A stretch of DNA of 64,000 bases from Nitrospirota bacterium (GTDB taxonomy: Bacteria; Nitrospirota; Thermodesulfovibrionia; SZUA-242): assembly GCA_016212095.1 (NCBI GenBank), contig JACRHH010000015.1, positions 173,702 to 237,701 on the forward strand. The letters run 5' to 3'. Position 1 is the first letter of the stretch, and each line of letters begins with the position of its first letter. The notes below the pieces were generated by a model that was given only the letters and a program-made list of their open reading frames with translations, ran no database searches and had not been told where the DNA came from. Shown piece by piece: positions 20,870-30,948 of this stretch. A program made the translations under genes and the position numbers.

Positions 20870-21580
20870 ATGACCGACAGACCCGCGCGCAAGCCAAGAC
20901 CAAGCTGGGACGAATATTTTCTGTTTCATGTGCTGCCGGCCGTGGCGCTTCGCTCCACCTGCCTGCGGCGGCATGTGGGAGCGGTTGTGACCGTAGGCAA
21001 CCGCATTGTGGCAACCGGCTACAACGGCGCGCCGGGCGGAGTGCGAAGCTGCGACGAGCTTGGCTACTGCAACAAGGACAGGAAGGGGCTTGCCTCAGGC
21101 ACGGGCCACGACCTTTGCCTTGCCTCGCATTCAGAGCAGAACTGCATCAATTCGGCGGCCAGAAGCGGCGTGAGCATTGAGGGCGGAACCATTTATGTAA
21201 ACGTGCGCCCGTGCGTCCATTGCGCCAAGAGCATCATAAACGCCGGCATAAAGCGGATCGTTTACCAGAAAGACTACCCGGACGAACTGGGAATGCGGCT
21301 TCTGACCGAAGCGGGAATCCAGCTTGTGCAGATGAATCCGGAAGAAGCGTCCGGAAAACCGTATGGGCGGTTCGCGAACCGCCCTGTTCTTACAGATTCA
21401 ATCCAGCCGCCACATCCCTGTCGAAATCGATTTTGCCGAAGTAGTCGGCAATCGCCATTCTGTACCGCCCGACAGCCGCGAACGCAGCCTTGGCCAGCGC
21501 GAAACGCTTGCAGGCAGTCACAGCGCCTCCGTTTGCGCCGATGTCGATCAGGAAATCGGCATACTGGCCGGGCGAACTGA
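20870..21580 (+). CDS. dCMP deaminase / ComEB family protein with a C-terminal tail overlapping the opposite gene
   Basis: RPSWDEYF, RSTCLRRHVGAV, ATGYNGAP, HSEQN and PCVHC Zn motifs. Confidence 0.9.
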   Translation: MTDRPARKPRPSWDEYFLFHVLPAVALRSTCLRRHVGAVVTVGNRIVATGYNGAPGGVRSCDELGYCNKDRKGLASGTGHDLCLASHSEQNCINSAARSGVSIEGGTIYVNVRPCVHCAKSIINAGIKRIVYQKDYPDELGMRLLTEAGIQLVQMNPEEASGKPYGRFANRPVLTDSIQPPHPCRNRFCRSSRQSPFCTARQPRTQPWPARNACRQSQRLRLRRCRSGNRHTGRAN

Positions 21581-22094
21581 GCACCGCCACGCTGTGCCAG
21601 TTCTTGGCCCCAGCCATGGTCATGGCAGGGCCGCCGATGTCGATGTTCACGCGCGCCGTCTCGGCGGTTGTATCGGCCTTGGCCACAATATCGGTAAACG
21701 GATAGAGGTTGGCCACAAGCACGTCGAAATAAACGCCCTTTGCGCCCCCCATTCCGGCAAGCGTTCGCTCAAGATAATCTATATGAGCCGGATTGCCGCG
21801 TTCGGCCAGCAGGCCTGCGTGAATTTTGGGGTGCAGGGTTTTCACCAAACCGCCCTCCATCTCCGGCGCGCCGGTGAACAACTCAACCGGCATATAGTTG
21901 GCAGCGGCCTTGTCACCAAGAATTTCGGCGATCTTCTTGCCGGTTCCGCCAGTTGAATAGAACATCACCTTCGGGTTCACCGAAAGCAAGCCGCTTACAA
22001 GGCCGTCCAGCCCGGTTTTGTCGAATACGCTCACAAGCACATGCTTCGGCCTGATTTTGTCGATCACCTTGTATCTGTTTTCCCGTATGCTCAT
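21390..22094 (-). CDS. purH: Stand-alone IMP cyclohydrolase (N-terminal domain of PurH only)
   Basis: LVSVFDKTGL, STGGT, GGLVKTLHPKIHAGLL, NLYPF, NIDIGGP; ends at 234 aa with no AICAR transformylase domain; SD aaggag. Confidence 0.85.
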   Translation of the reverse strand: MSIRENRYKVIDKIRPKHVLVSVFDKTGLDGLVSGLLSVNPKVMFYSTGGTGKKIAEILGDKAAANYMPVELFTGAPEMEGGLVKTLHPKIHAGLLAERGNPAHIDYLERTLAGMGGAKGVYFDVLVANLYPFTDIVAKADTTAETARVNIDIGGPAMTMAGAKNWHSVAVLSSPGQYADFLIDIGANGGAVTACKRFALAKAAFAAVGRYRMAIADYFGKIDFDRDVAAGLNL

Positions 22095-22186
22095 CTTGCA
22101 TCTCCTTTATGCCCGGAATGTTTGCGAAACGCTGTCCGGCCCGGATATATTACATGATTTAACAGCATTGCGAGGTGATTACAGAA

Positions 22187-22870
22187 ATGAGCGAACTTAA
22201 AAAGATAGTTGGGTACAGTGCCGCCGATATGGCGAAAGACGGTCAGAAGCTTGGGTTGGGAACAGGCTCGACCGTGTTTTATTTCCTTGAACGGCTGGCC
22301 GGACGGATCAAGACCGAAGGCCTGACGGTTGCCGGAATTCCCACATCGGTGCAGACGGAGGAACACGCGCGCCGCATGGGCATTCCGCTTCTCACGTTTG
22401 ACGACACGCAGGCGCTCGACCTTTACGTGGACGGAGCCGACGAGATCGACGCGGGTTTCAACATGATAAAGGGCGGCGGCGGCGCTCTTTTGCGCGAAAA
22501 GATGGTTGCGTCGGCATCGGCCCGCCGCGTGATAATCGTTGACCAATCGAAGGTGGTGGAGCGCCTCGGCACAACCTTCGCGCTTCCGGTGGAGGTTATT
22601 CCGTTTGGCTGGCGGTTCTGCAACCTTCGGCTTGAAAAACTTGGCTGCCGCCCGACGCTTCGCATGAGCGGCGATGCAACCTATTCCACGAACAACAGCA
22701 ACTACATCCTCGACTGCCGGTTTCCGGACGGAATCAGCGATCCGGCGGCGATGGAGGCAGAGATAAACGCAATTGCCGGCGTGATCTGCTGCGGCCTGTT
22801 CATCGGTCTGGCGGATGAGGTTCTTGTTGGCGGCCCGGACGGCGTGAAAAGGTTGACAAAACAGGGCTGA
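22187..22870 (+). CDS. rpiA: Ribose-5-phosphate isomerase A
   Basis: GLGTGST, DGADEID, IKGGGGALLREK, LPVEV. Confidence 0.97.
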   Translation: MSELKKIVGYSAADMAKDGQKLGLGTGSTVFYFLERLAGRIKTEGLTVAGIPTSVQTEEHARRMGIPLLTFDDTQALDLYVDGADEIDAGFNMIKGGGGALLREKMVASASARRVIIVDQSKVVERLGTTFALPVEVIPFGWRFCNLRLEKLGCRPTLRMSGDATYSTNNSNYILDCRFPDGISDPAAMEAEINAIAGVICCGLFIGLADEVLVGGPDGVKRLTKQG

Positions 22871-22874
22871 TGCC

Positions 22875-23012
22875 ATGCGGCCAAAAGAGCCTGAATCGCT
22901 GGTTCCAGCGCACGGCGGATACCAGAACCTGAAAAGTTTTCAGGTTGCGCAGTTGGTTTATGATCTGACGGTTCGCTTCTGCGTTCGAAGCGCAAGGCGG
23001 GAAAGGCCATGA
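22875..23012 (+). pseudogene. Truncated four-helix-bundle (23S rRNA IVS / TIGR02436-TIGR04258-like) gene remnant
   Basis: Manual translation MRPKEPESLVPAHGGYQNLKSFQVAQLVYDLTVRFCVRSARRERP*. It matches the N-terminus recalled for this family and then breaks off; its stop overlaps the livF start. Confidence 0.7.
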
Positions 23013-23719
23013 ATCTTTTGCAGGCAACCGGCCTTTGCGTTTCCTACGGCGCTATCGAGGCTGTTCGCGACATCGACATTGCTGTCGAGCGCGGCGAGCT
23101 TGTCTGCCTGATCGGCGCAAACGGCGCGGGCAAGACATCCACGCTCAAGGCATTGGCCGGAATGATCAAGCCGTCTGGCGGGGAAATCCGGCACAACAGC
23201 GAAACCGTAACCGGTATATCGTCGCACGAGCTTGTCAAGCGCGGAATATCGCTGGTTCCGGAAGGGCGCGGCATATTCGGGCGGCTCACTGTGGAGGAAA
23301 ACCTCGACATGGGCGCGTACCTGAGAAACGACAGGCAGGCTGTTGCCGCCGACCTGAATCGGGTGTTCACGCTGTTTCCGCGTCTTGCGGAGCGCCGGGG
23401 GCAGACAGCCGGAACGCTTTCGGGCGGCGAACAACAGATGCTCGCAATCGGGCGCGCCATGATGAGCAGACCGGCGCTGCTTCTGCTTGACGAGCCGAGC
23501 ATGGGCCTTGCCCCCATGATGGTTCGGAAAATACTTGAAACCATTCAGATCATTTCGGAAGAAGGCGTAACCATACTGCTTGTTGAGCAGAACGCGCGCG
23601 CGGCTCTTGAAATAAGCTCGCGCGCCTATGTGATGGAAAACGGCGCAATTTCGCTTTCCGGGCCATCGCGCGAGCTTGCCGATGATCCGCGCGTGCGCCA
23701 CGCCTATCTGGGCGGATAG
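23009..23719 (+). CDS. livF: Branched-chain amino acid ABC transporter ATP-binding subunit (LivF type)
   Basis: GANGAGKT, VPEGR.IF, LSGGEQQMLAI, LDEPSMGLAP, LLVEQN, AYLG. Confidence 0.95.
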   Translation: MNLLQATGLCVSYGAIEAVRDIDIAVERGELVCLIGANGAGKTSTLKALAGMIKPSGGEIRHNSETVTGISSHELVKRGISLVPEGRGIFGRLTVEENLDMGAYLRNDRQAVAADLNRVFTLFPRLAERRGQTAGTLSGGEQQMLAIGRAMMSRPALLLLDEPSMGLAPMMVRKILETIQIISEEGVTILLVEQNARAALEISSRAYVMENGAISLSGPSRELADDPRVRHAYLGG

Positions 23720-23797
23720 CGGAAATATTTTCCGCCTTCGACAACCTTTTCCCCGCATACGGTTTACGCAAGCCAAGCCAGCCCGCGTTTCCACGCA

Positions 23798-23813
23798 TGG
23801 CACTGCCCTTGCT
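23798..23813 (+). promoter_or_regulatory. Sigma54 promoter of flgFG-flgA
   Basis: TGGCAC-tgccc-TTGCT; implies the flgF start is ATG 23842 (SD ggagga). Confidence 0.88.
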
Positions 23814-23841
23814 TTATCAGTGCGAAGCAACGGAGGAACGC

Positions 23842-24558
23842 ATGTACAAGGGAATATACACAAGCCTTTCGGGCGCGATGACGCGCGACGCATACGTGGA
23901 TGTCATCGCCCAGAACCTTGCCAACATAAGCACAACCGGATACAAGCGCGACACGCTTTCGTTCAGGAGCTATCTGCTTGGAGAGGGCCTGCCGTCCAAT
24001 CCGCCCGGACTCTATCCTGAATCCAAAACCTACACAGCCATGGGAGGAGCCGGGGCCGATTTCAGCGAGGGCGAAATCTTCAGCACCGGCAATCCGCTCG
24101 ATCTGGCCATATCGGGGCCGGGCTTTTTCGAACTGGAAACCCCTGCCGGACTTCGATATTCCAGAAACGGCGCGTTCAGGATGAACTCAGGCGGCGAGGT
24201 TATAACGCCGGAAGGTTTCAAGCTCATGACGGACAAGGGGCCGCTGAAGATTGCCGCGAATGACACTCTCGCTCTCGACCGCTCCGGCAAGGTTATTGTA
24301 AACGGCGGCGAGGCGGGAAGGCTTCGTGTTGTCGGGCTTGAGAACGCGGCAAAGGAAGGCGGCGGACTGTTCACCGGAACTCCTGTCGAGTTCAAGGCCG
24401 ACCTCATGCAGGGAGCGCTTGAACAGTCGAACGTGAAGCCGTTCCGGGAAATGGTAACGCTGATCGACGCCTTCCGCGCCTACGAAACGAGTCAGAAAAT
24501 GATAACGTCGTTCGACACCATTTCGCAGCGCGCCGTCAACGACATCGCGCGTGTTTAG
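23842..24558 (+). CDS. flgF: Flagellar basal-body rod protein FlgF
   Basis: IAQNLANISTTGYK, TGNPLDLAI.G.GFF, YSRNGAF, LEQSNV. Confidence 0.9.
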   Translation: MYKGIYTSLSGAMTRDAYVDVIAQNLANISTTGYKRDTLSFRSYLLGEGLPSNPPGLYPESKTYTAMGGAGADFSEGEIFSTGNPLDLAISGPGFFELETPAGLRYSRNGAFRMNSGGEVITPEGFKLMTDKGPLKIAANDTLALDRSGKVIVNGGEAGRLRVVGLENAAKEGGGLFTGTPVEFKADLMQGALEQSNVKPFREMVTLIDAFRAYETSQKMITSFDTISQRAVNDIARV

Positions 24559-24585
24559 CATGTACGAGATCAAGGAGAACCAGTC

Positions 24586-25374
24586 ATGATCAGATCGCTG
24601 TTTACCGCGGCCACCGGAATGCAGGCCCAGCAGATCAACATCGACGTCATATCGAACAATCTGGCAAACGCCAACACCAACGGCTTCAAGCGAAGCAGGG
24701 CCGACTTTCAGGATCTGCTCTACCAGACCATGCGTATGGCCGGAGCCGCCAACGCAGGCGGCGGCGAGGTTCCGACAGGGCTTCAGGTGGGGCTTGGCGT
24801 TAAACCTGCCGCGGTCAACAAGGTGTTTTCGCAGGGCGAATTTATCAAGACGGAAAACTCGCTCGATCTTGTGATCGAGGGAAACGGGTTTTTCCAGCTC
24901 ACCAAGCCGGACGGAACAATCGGCTACACGCGCGGCGGAGCGTTCAAGATGAGCAGCGAGGGAACAATCGTAAGTTCAGACGGCTATCCGATGGAGCCGG
25001 CCATAACAATTCCGTCGGACGCAACCAGCGTGAGCGTCTCGAATGACGGCGTGATCTCGGTTCTTCAGCCGGGCAGCGTCACGCCGAATCAGGTTGGGCA
25101 GATACAGCTTGCCCGGTTTTCAAACCCCAGCGGCCTTGAATCGCTCGGCAACAACATGTACTCTCCCACCGCCGCATCTGGCGAGGCCACGGTGGGCAAC
25201 CCGAACGCCGACGGCATAGGCGCAATCAATCAGGGATATGTGGAGTCGTCAAACGTCAACGTGGTTGAGGAACTCGTGAGCCTGATCGTGAGCCAGCGCG
25301 CATACGAACTGAGTTCCAAGGTTGTGCAGGCCACCGACGACATGCTTCAGCTTGCAAACAATCTAAGGAGATAG
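24586..25374 (+). CDS. flgG: Flagellar distal rod protein FlgG
   Basis: [38 protein letters not shown]. Confidence 0.97.
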   Translation: MIRSLFTAATGMQAQQINIDVISNNLANANTNGFKRSRADFQDLLYQTMRMAGAANAGGGEVPTGLQVGLGVKPAAVNKVFSQGEFIKTENSLDLVIEGNGFFQLTKPDGTIGYTRGGAFKMSSEGTIVSSDGYPMEPAITIPSDATSVSVSNDGVISVLQPGSVTPNQVGQIQLARFSNPSGLESLGNNMYSPTAASGEATVGNPNADGIGAINQGYVESSNVNVVEELVSLIVSQRAYELSSKVVQATDDMLQLANNLRR

Positions 25375-25378
25375 CGCG

Positions 25379-26056
25379 ATGAGAGCCTTTTTAATATTGC
25401 TGCCGGCGCTGCTTCTGCCGGCGAATTCAGCTTTTGCCGAGCCGCTGGAAGCCATCGCAACCGCAATAGAGCAGTCAATCACTCGCTCGCCGCAGTGGGA
25501 ATCGGTCGAGGCGGCGGATGTGAGGCTGGAGTCCGGCGCGGTTCCGGAAAACGCCGTGGTGAACGTCGTCGAGTCGGGCGCGTCGAATCCGCTGGGCAGG
25601 CGGATGTTCCGGCTGTCGGTAGAAACTGCTGCGGGCAGAAGCACGGCGTCGGTGTCCGCAAACATTCGTGCATACGCCACGGTATATCATCTGGCAAAAT
25701 CGCTCGCCAAGGGCGAACGAGTCAGGCCGGGCGACCTTGTGGCGCGCCGCATGGACGTAACGCGCATTCCGCCGGACGCCGTAACCGAGCCATCTGAGGC
25801 CGAAGGCCTGGCGGCGATCAGGCCGCTTGCGGCAAACGTCCTTCTGAAACGCATCCAGATCGGCCCGGTTCCTGACGCCAAAAAGGGCGAGAAGGTGATC
25901 CTTCTGGCTGACGACGGCAGAATTCGCGTTGTGGCTCACGGCGTCATGAAGGAAGACGGGCACAAGGGCGAATTCGTGCGGGCTGCAAACCTGATGTCCG
26001 GCAGGGAGGTTTCCGGCTGGCTGGTGGAGCCGGGCGTTGTGAAGGTTACGTTTTAG
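25379..26056 (+). CDS. flgA: Flagellar P-ring assembly chaperone FlgA
   Basis: Signal peptide, SAF-like domain, G..GEFVR..NL.SGREV C-terminus; follows flgG. Confidence 0.85.
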   Translation: MRAFLILLPALLLPANSAFAEPLEAIATAIEQSITRSPQWESVEAADVRLESGAVPENAVVNVVESGASNPLGRRMFRLSVETAAGRSTASVSANIRAYATVYHLAKSLAKGERVRPGDLVARRMDVTRIPPDAVTEPSEAEGLAAIRPLAANVLLKRIQIGPVPDAKKGEKVILLADDGRIRVVAHGVMKEDGHKGEFVRAANLMSGREVSGWLVEPGVVKVTF

Positions 26057-27737
26057 CCTCTTTCGCCCACGTATCCTTCAGCGACACCGTCCGGTTAAAC
26101 ACCGGCCTGCCCGGCCTGCTGTCCACCGAATCAACGCAGAAATAGCCGTGGCGCATGAACTGGAATCTGCTTCCGGGCGCGGCTTCGGCAAGCGTCGGCT
26201 CGACAAGCGCGGAATTAATAACCTCAAGCGATTTCGGGTTCAATAGCTCGCCAAGCGTTGCGCCTTCCTTCGCCTCAGCCGGGTTGGCATCGGCAAAAAG
26301 GTGATCGTAAAGGCGCGCCTCTGCCCGCGCGGCGTGCGGTTCCGAAACCCAGTGAATGGTTCCCTTCACCTTGCGCCCGTCCGGCGTGCCGCCGCCGCGA
26401 GACTCCGGATCGTATTTGCAGCGAAGCTCTGTGATATTGCCGCCATCGTCCTTCACCACGCCGGTGCATGTGATGTAGTAGGCGTGCTTCAGGCGAACCT
26501 CGCGGCCCGGCGCAAGCCGGAAGAATTTTTTCGGCGGATCTTCCAGAAAGTCGTCGCGCTCGATGTAAACCACGCGCGAAAACGGAACCTGCCGCGTTCC
26601 CATCGACGGGTCTTCCGGGTTGTTCACCGCATCCAGAAACTCAACCTGGCCTTCCGGGTAGTTCTCGATCACGACGCGAAGCGGCGCAAGCACGGCCATC
26701 ACGCGCGGCGCGGTTGCGTTTAGCTCGTCGCGGATGCTGTTTTCAAGAAGCGTTACGTCAACCGTGCTGTTTCGCTTGGCAAGGCCGATGCGCTCGCAGA
26801 ATTTCCTGATGGATTCCGGCGTGTAGCCGCGCCGCCTGATGCCCGAAATGGTCGGCATCCGGGGGTCGTTCCAGCCGCTCACATGCCCCTCCTCAACAAG
26901 CTGCAACAGTTTGCGCTTGCTCAGGAGCGTGTGCGTCATGTTCAGGCGGGCAAACTCTATCTGCTGCGGGTGATAAACGCCGAGCGCGTCCAGAAACCAG
27001 TCGTACAGCTCGCGGTTGTTCTCGAATTCCAGAGTGCAGATGGAATGCGTTATGCCCTCGATGGAGTCCGAAACGCAGTGGGCGAAATCGTACATCGGGT
27101 AGATTTTCCACCTGTCGCCTGTGCGGTGATGCGCGGCGTTGCGGATTCGATAGATAAGCGGATCGCGCATCTTCATGTTCGGGGCCGCCATATCGATCCT
27201 GGCCCGAAGCACGCAGGCTCCGTCCGCCAGTTCCCCGGCGCGCATTTTTTCGAGCAAGGCCAGATTTTCCTCAACCGAACGGTTCCGGAACGGGCTTTCC
27301 TTTCCCGGCTCGGTCACGGTTCCGCGATATTTTCTAATCTCGTCTTCGTTCAGGTCGCAGACATACGCCTTGCCGCTTTTAACCAGTTGCACCGCGTATT
27401 CGTACATCCGGTCGAAATAGTCCGACGCGTAGAAACAGCGGTCTTCCCAGTCGAACCCAAGCCAGCGGACGTCTTCCTGGATGGAATCGACGTATTCCAC
27501 GTCTTCGGTTAGCGGATTCGTGTCGTCGAAGCGCAGGTTGCACTTGCCGCCAGCGTTTTCAGCGGCAACGCCGAAGTTCAGACATATGGATTTCGCGTGG
27601 CCGATATGCAGATAGCCGTTTGGTTCAGGCGGAAACCGCGTGTGAACCCGCTTGCCGTACTTGCCGCTTTCGTTGTCCGCCGCGATTATCTCGCGGATGA
27701 AATCGAGCCGTTCGGAATCTGCGTTACTTTCGCTCAT
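26046..27737 (-). CDS. glnS: Glutamine--tRNA ligase
   Basis: [38 protein letters not shown]; no YqeY tail. Confidence 0.98.
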   Translation of the reverse strand: MSESNADSERLDFIREIIAADNESGKYGKRVHTRFPPEPNGYLHIGHAKSICLNFGVAAENAGGKCNLRFDDTNPLTEDVEYVDSIQEDVRWLGFDWEDRCFYASDYFDRMYEYAVQLVKSGKAYVCDLNEDEIRKYRGTVTEPGKESPFRNRSVEENLALLEKMRAGELADGACVLRARIDMAAPNMKMRDPLIYRIRNAAHHRTGDRWKIYPMYDFAHCVSDSIEGITHSICTLEFENNRELYDWFLDALGVYHPQQIEFARLNMTHTLLSKRKLLQLVEEGHVSGWNDPRMPTISGIRRRGYTPESIRKFCERIGLAKRNSTVDVTLLENSIRDELNATAPRVMAVLAPLRVVIENYPEGQVEFLDAVNNPEDPSMGTRQVPFSRVVYIERDDFLEDPPKKFFRLAPGREVRLKHAYYITCTGVVKDDGGNITELRCKYDPESRGGGTPDGRKVKGTIHWVSEPHAARAEARLYDHLFADANPAEAKEGATLGELLNPKSLEVINSALVEPTLAEAAPGSRFQFMRHGYFCVDSVDSRPGRPVFNRTVSLKDTWAKEAKT

Positions 27738-28606
27738 CAAGCGCCCTCGCCGAATATCGCGTTTTTGGCAAACTGCGGAATGGCGAACACCGCCTCGTGA
27801 ACCTCCGCGTTGTAGTAGCGGAGCTTTTTCAGCATTTCAGCCGAAACCTCGCGCGCGGGCTTGCGGCAGCTTCCGGCCTTCGACGAAATCATGAAGCCGA
27901 TCTGACCGGCGGGATAAGTCGGCACGCTTGCCCACGCGTATTCGACGGTCGGGAAAATTCCCCGGCTCATCGCGATCAGCCGCCTGATGAGCGGCGCGTG
28001 AAGCCAAAAACATTCGCCCTGCGACGCGACCACGCCTTTTTCGGTAAGAATCCGGTGCATGTCGCTGTAAAACGGCGTGTCGAAGAGAACCCGCGCCGGG
28101 CCTTCCGGATCGGAAGAATCCACGATTATCACGTCGTAGCTGCCGGCAGCCGCGTCGCGCGCGAATGCCGCGCCGTCGCCCACATGCACTGTAACACGCG
28201 GGTCTTCGTAGCCCACCGCCGCGTATGGAAGCCACTGTTTCGACATCGTAATCACGCCGTCGTCTATCTCGCAGATGTCTATATGCTGAACGCTTTCGTG
28301 CTTGGCCACCTCGCGCAGAACGCCGCCGTCGCCGCCGCCGATCACAAGAACGCGCCGGGGGTTCGGGTGCGAGAAAAGCGGCAGATGCGCGATCATCTCC
28401 TGATACGAAAACTCGTCGCGCTCGGTTATCTGAAGCGCGCCGTCCAGAGTCATGATCTTGCCGAATGTTTCGGTTTCGTAGAAGGCGATGTCCTGAAACT
28501 TCGTCCGGCCCTCGTAAATCTTCTCTTTCAGTTTTAAGGATATTGCTATTCCGGGCCACTGTTCGTTTACGTCGCTGAACCAGCCCTTCATTATTTCGTC
28601 TGCCAT
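27737..28606 (-). CDS. speE: Spermidine synthase (eukaryote-like sequence)
   Basis: [43 protein letters not shown]; stop overlaps the glnS start. Confidence 0.95.
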   Translation of the reverse strand: MADEIMKGWFSDVNEQWPGIAISLKLKEKIYEGRTKFQDIAFYETETFGKIMTLDGALQITERDEFSYQEMIAHLPLFSHPNPRRVLVIGGGDGGVLREVAKHESVQHIDICEIDDGVITMSKQWLPYAAVGYEDPRVTVHVGDGAAFARDAAAGSYDVIIVDSSDPEGPARVLFDTPFYSDMHRILTEKGVVASQGECFWLHAPLIRRLIAMSRGIFPTVEYAWASVPTYPAGQIGFMISSKAGSCRKPAREVSAEMLKKLRYYNAEVHEAVFAIPQFAKNAIFGEGA

Positions 28607-28667
28607 GATGTTCCTCCGTGGTGTTGTGTTGGGGAATTTTGCAGGATTACGGCATTATTTTCAACAG

Positions 28668-29039
28668 TTACAGAAAGCCGTAGACCAAGTAAACGCTCAG
28701 CAGCAGACCGAACACACCTACCGTCATGCTCGTTATCATTCCAAGGGCGATGTTGTATCCGGCAGGAATTTCAACCGGTTTCAGGGTTTTGATAATCCTG
28801 TTATGCTGCCGGGCGGAATAGATCGAAAGAAACGAGGCGAGCAGTATAAAGGCCAGACCCATGAGAAACGAAACGTCCCGATGGAATATCTTCGCCTCCC
28901 CCATTCCGGCGATTCTGAGCAACAGGCCGAAGCGTTCGATCACGAAACCAAACGCCATCAGCGAGATGCTCGTGCGGTTCCACGCCATGAGCGTGCGCTC
29001 GGCTGCAAAAAGCACACGCGGATCGCTTATGTCCGACAT
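28668..29039 (-). CDS. DUF202 / YidH family membrane protein
   Basis: DPRV.FAAERT.MAW.RTS signature; 3 TM. Confidence 0.9.
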   Translation of the reverse strand: MSDISDPRVLFAAERTLMAWNRTSISLMAFGFVIERFGLLLRIAGMGEAKIFHRDVSFLMGLAFILLASFLSIYSARQHNRIIKTLKPVEIPAGYNIALGMITSMTVGVFGLLLSVYLVYGFL

Positions 29040-29075
29040 TTCGCCCCCGGTTTCATCAGCCTTGATTGTGGCGCA

Positions 29076-30011
29076 TCAATGCCTGAGATACTTGCCCTTG
29101 ATGTTGCCCATTATCAGCATCGCGCCCTCCGGACGCGCAGGAAGCGCTTTTTTTAGCCCATCCAGAATTACGTCGGCGTTGTTGGTTTTCGCCGCAAGCT
29201 CGCGCGCCTTTGCGTCGAAAAGCGTGAGGTAGCTTTTCATGTCGTCGAGGTCTTTCTTCGTGGAAACCGGCCCGTGGCCGGGGATGATTTTTTCCACGTC
29301 CATCGCCTTGATGGCATCAAGCGACTTGCCCCATGCCGGAATGTCGCCGTCTGCCAGATACGGGTGATAGCCGGTGAACAGTATGTCTCCGGCGAAAAGC
29401 GTTTTCGCGCCGGGAACATAAACGATCAGGCTGTCATCGGTGTGCGACTCGGCTACGGATATGAGTTCCACCCGCATGTCACCCAGATCGAGCGACATCC
29501 TGTCCGGGAACATGACCGTCGGATACGCGATTGCCGTTCCTTCCATGTCCTGCGCGGTCAGTCCGTATGCCGCCGTGTTTTTGAGCACGGCCTCGCTGTT
29601 TTTCTTCATGTTTATGCGGCAGTTTTCGCTTGAGATCAATATCGCGCCCGTTTTGGCCAGCTCGGAGTTGCCGAACGTATGATCGAGATGGCTGTGGGTG
29701 TTGATGACGTAGCGAATCGGCTTGTCGGAAACCGCGCGGATGTCGCTTACGAAACGCCGCGCCAGTTTTGCCGAGATGAGGGTATCGACCACGGCTATCG
29801 AGTCGCGCCCCACGATTATTCCGGCGTTTGCGCCAAAGCTGTTTGCGGGCAAGCCGCCCTTGGCGTCAACGTAGGAATACACGCCGTCGGCAATTTTGAC
29901 CAATCCGCCTTCGGCGTAGGCGGCAGAATGAAACAGCACGGCTACAATCGCCATCGCCGCCACGAATAACAGACCGGCCCTTCGCGCTTCAAATGCTTTT
30001 AAATTTTTCAT
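29076..30011 (-). CDS. Exported metallo-beta-lactamase-fold hydrolase
   Basis: Signal peptide (AYA|EG), ANAGII, NTHSHLDH (HxHxDH), HT, AGD, IPGHG. Confidence 0.92.
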   Translation of the reverse strand: MKNLKAFEARRAGLLFVAAMAIVAVLFHSAAYAEGGLVKIADGVYSYVDAKGGLPANSFGANAGIIVGRDSIAVVDTLISAKLARRFVSDIRAVSDKPIRYVINTHSHLDHTFGNSELAKTGAILISSENCRINMKKNSEAVLKNTAAYGLTAQDMEGTAIAYPTVMFPDRMSLDLGDMRVELISVAESHTDDSLIVYVPGAKTLFAGDILFTGYHPYLADGDIPAWGKSLDAIKAMDVEKIIPGHGPVSTKKDLDDMKSYLTLFDAKARELAAKTNNADVILDGLKKALPARPEGAMLIMGNIKGKYLRH

Positions 30012-30046
30012 TGCGGTCTCCTCCTGATTTTTTAATAGCCCTTATA

Positions 30047-30856
30047 TTACAGCGTGACCGGTTCCTGAGCGAACCATTTCAATATATTGAAAGCAAGCTT
30101 GCCGTTGTCATCCCTGCCCAGAAAAGCGTTTGCGAATGGAGCGTCATCGGCGATTACGACAATTTTCCCTTTGCCAAACAGACCTGCCGCGACTATTCCG
30201 AATCCCTGCACCGGCTCACCATTATCGTACTGCCGGTTTCGGTTCATGTCGGCCCATGCCCCATCGGAGGTTGTTGCAACAAGCGATGAATCGCCGTCGG
30301 CCATCAGCCCCCATGTGCCGAAGACCGCGATGCTTTTAAGTCCGTCCGCAACAGGATGCTTGCTGAACCTTGTGACATGGAAATCCTGCGATTTGTTGTC
30401 GATGATATTCTCCCGCTCGGATATCACGAAATTCGAGACATAGATATTGAACGCCTCGGTAAGGCGGGCAACAGGCGGCGTAATATGAATCATGACCAGA
30501 AGGTTGCCGCCGCCGCGCACATACGCAACAAGCGCCGAAACCTCTTCCGGTGAAACTTCCGCCATCGGCCCGGCAAGCACGTAGATATGCGCGCCTTTCA
30601 ACACATCTGCGCCGATCTTCCGGTCGTTTCCGGAAACATCGTATCCGGACTTTTTAAGCGTCCGCACGAGTTTCGAGTAATCGACCGGCTTGTCCTTGAA
30701 CGGCGAGAAAATCTCACCATGTGAGGTATCAAACAGCACCCTCGGCTTGCCGGCATTCACCGTATGCTTTACTCCCGCGAACAACATAAACCACGCGGCA
30801 ATGAATATTGCCGCCGTGACGGGCAGTCCCGCCCTGAATCTGCCGTTAAATCTCAT
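30047..30856 (-). CDS. Exported DUF4350 / class I glutamine-amidotransferase-like domain protein
   Basis: N-terminal TM or signal, VLFDTSHGE, YVRGGGNLLV, GKGKIVVIAD...FAN...DN..LA.NI..W. Confidence 0.72.
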   Translation of the reverse strand: MRFNGRFRAGLPVTAAIFIAAWFMLFAGVKHTVNAGKPRVLFDTSHGEIFSPFKDKPVDYSKLVRTLKKSGYDVSGNDRKIGADVLKGAHIYVLAGPMAEVSPEEVSALVAYVRGGGNLLVMIHITPPVARLTEAFNIYVSNFVISERENIIDNKSQDFHVTRFSKHPVADGLKSIAVFGTWGLMADGDSSLVATTSDGAWADMNRNRQYDNGEPVQGFGIVAAGLFGKGKIVVIADDAPFANAFLGRDDNGKLAFNILKWFAQEPVTL

Positions 30857-30948
30857 TTAAACCTCCTGACCGACTGGGGACAGTGTAGCAAGAATAGGCG
30901 GGAATTTCGCACTTGATACCGCTTGGCGTTCTACGTTACAGGCATCAC

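Noticed and set aside
23797-23841. ORF-track start of flgF
   Set aside because: It lies inside the sigma54 promoter; SD and homology support ATG 23842.
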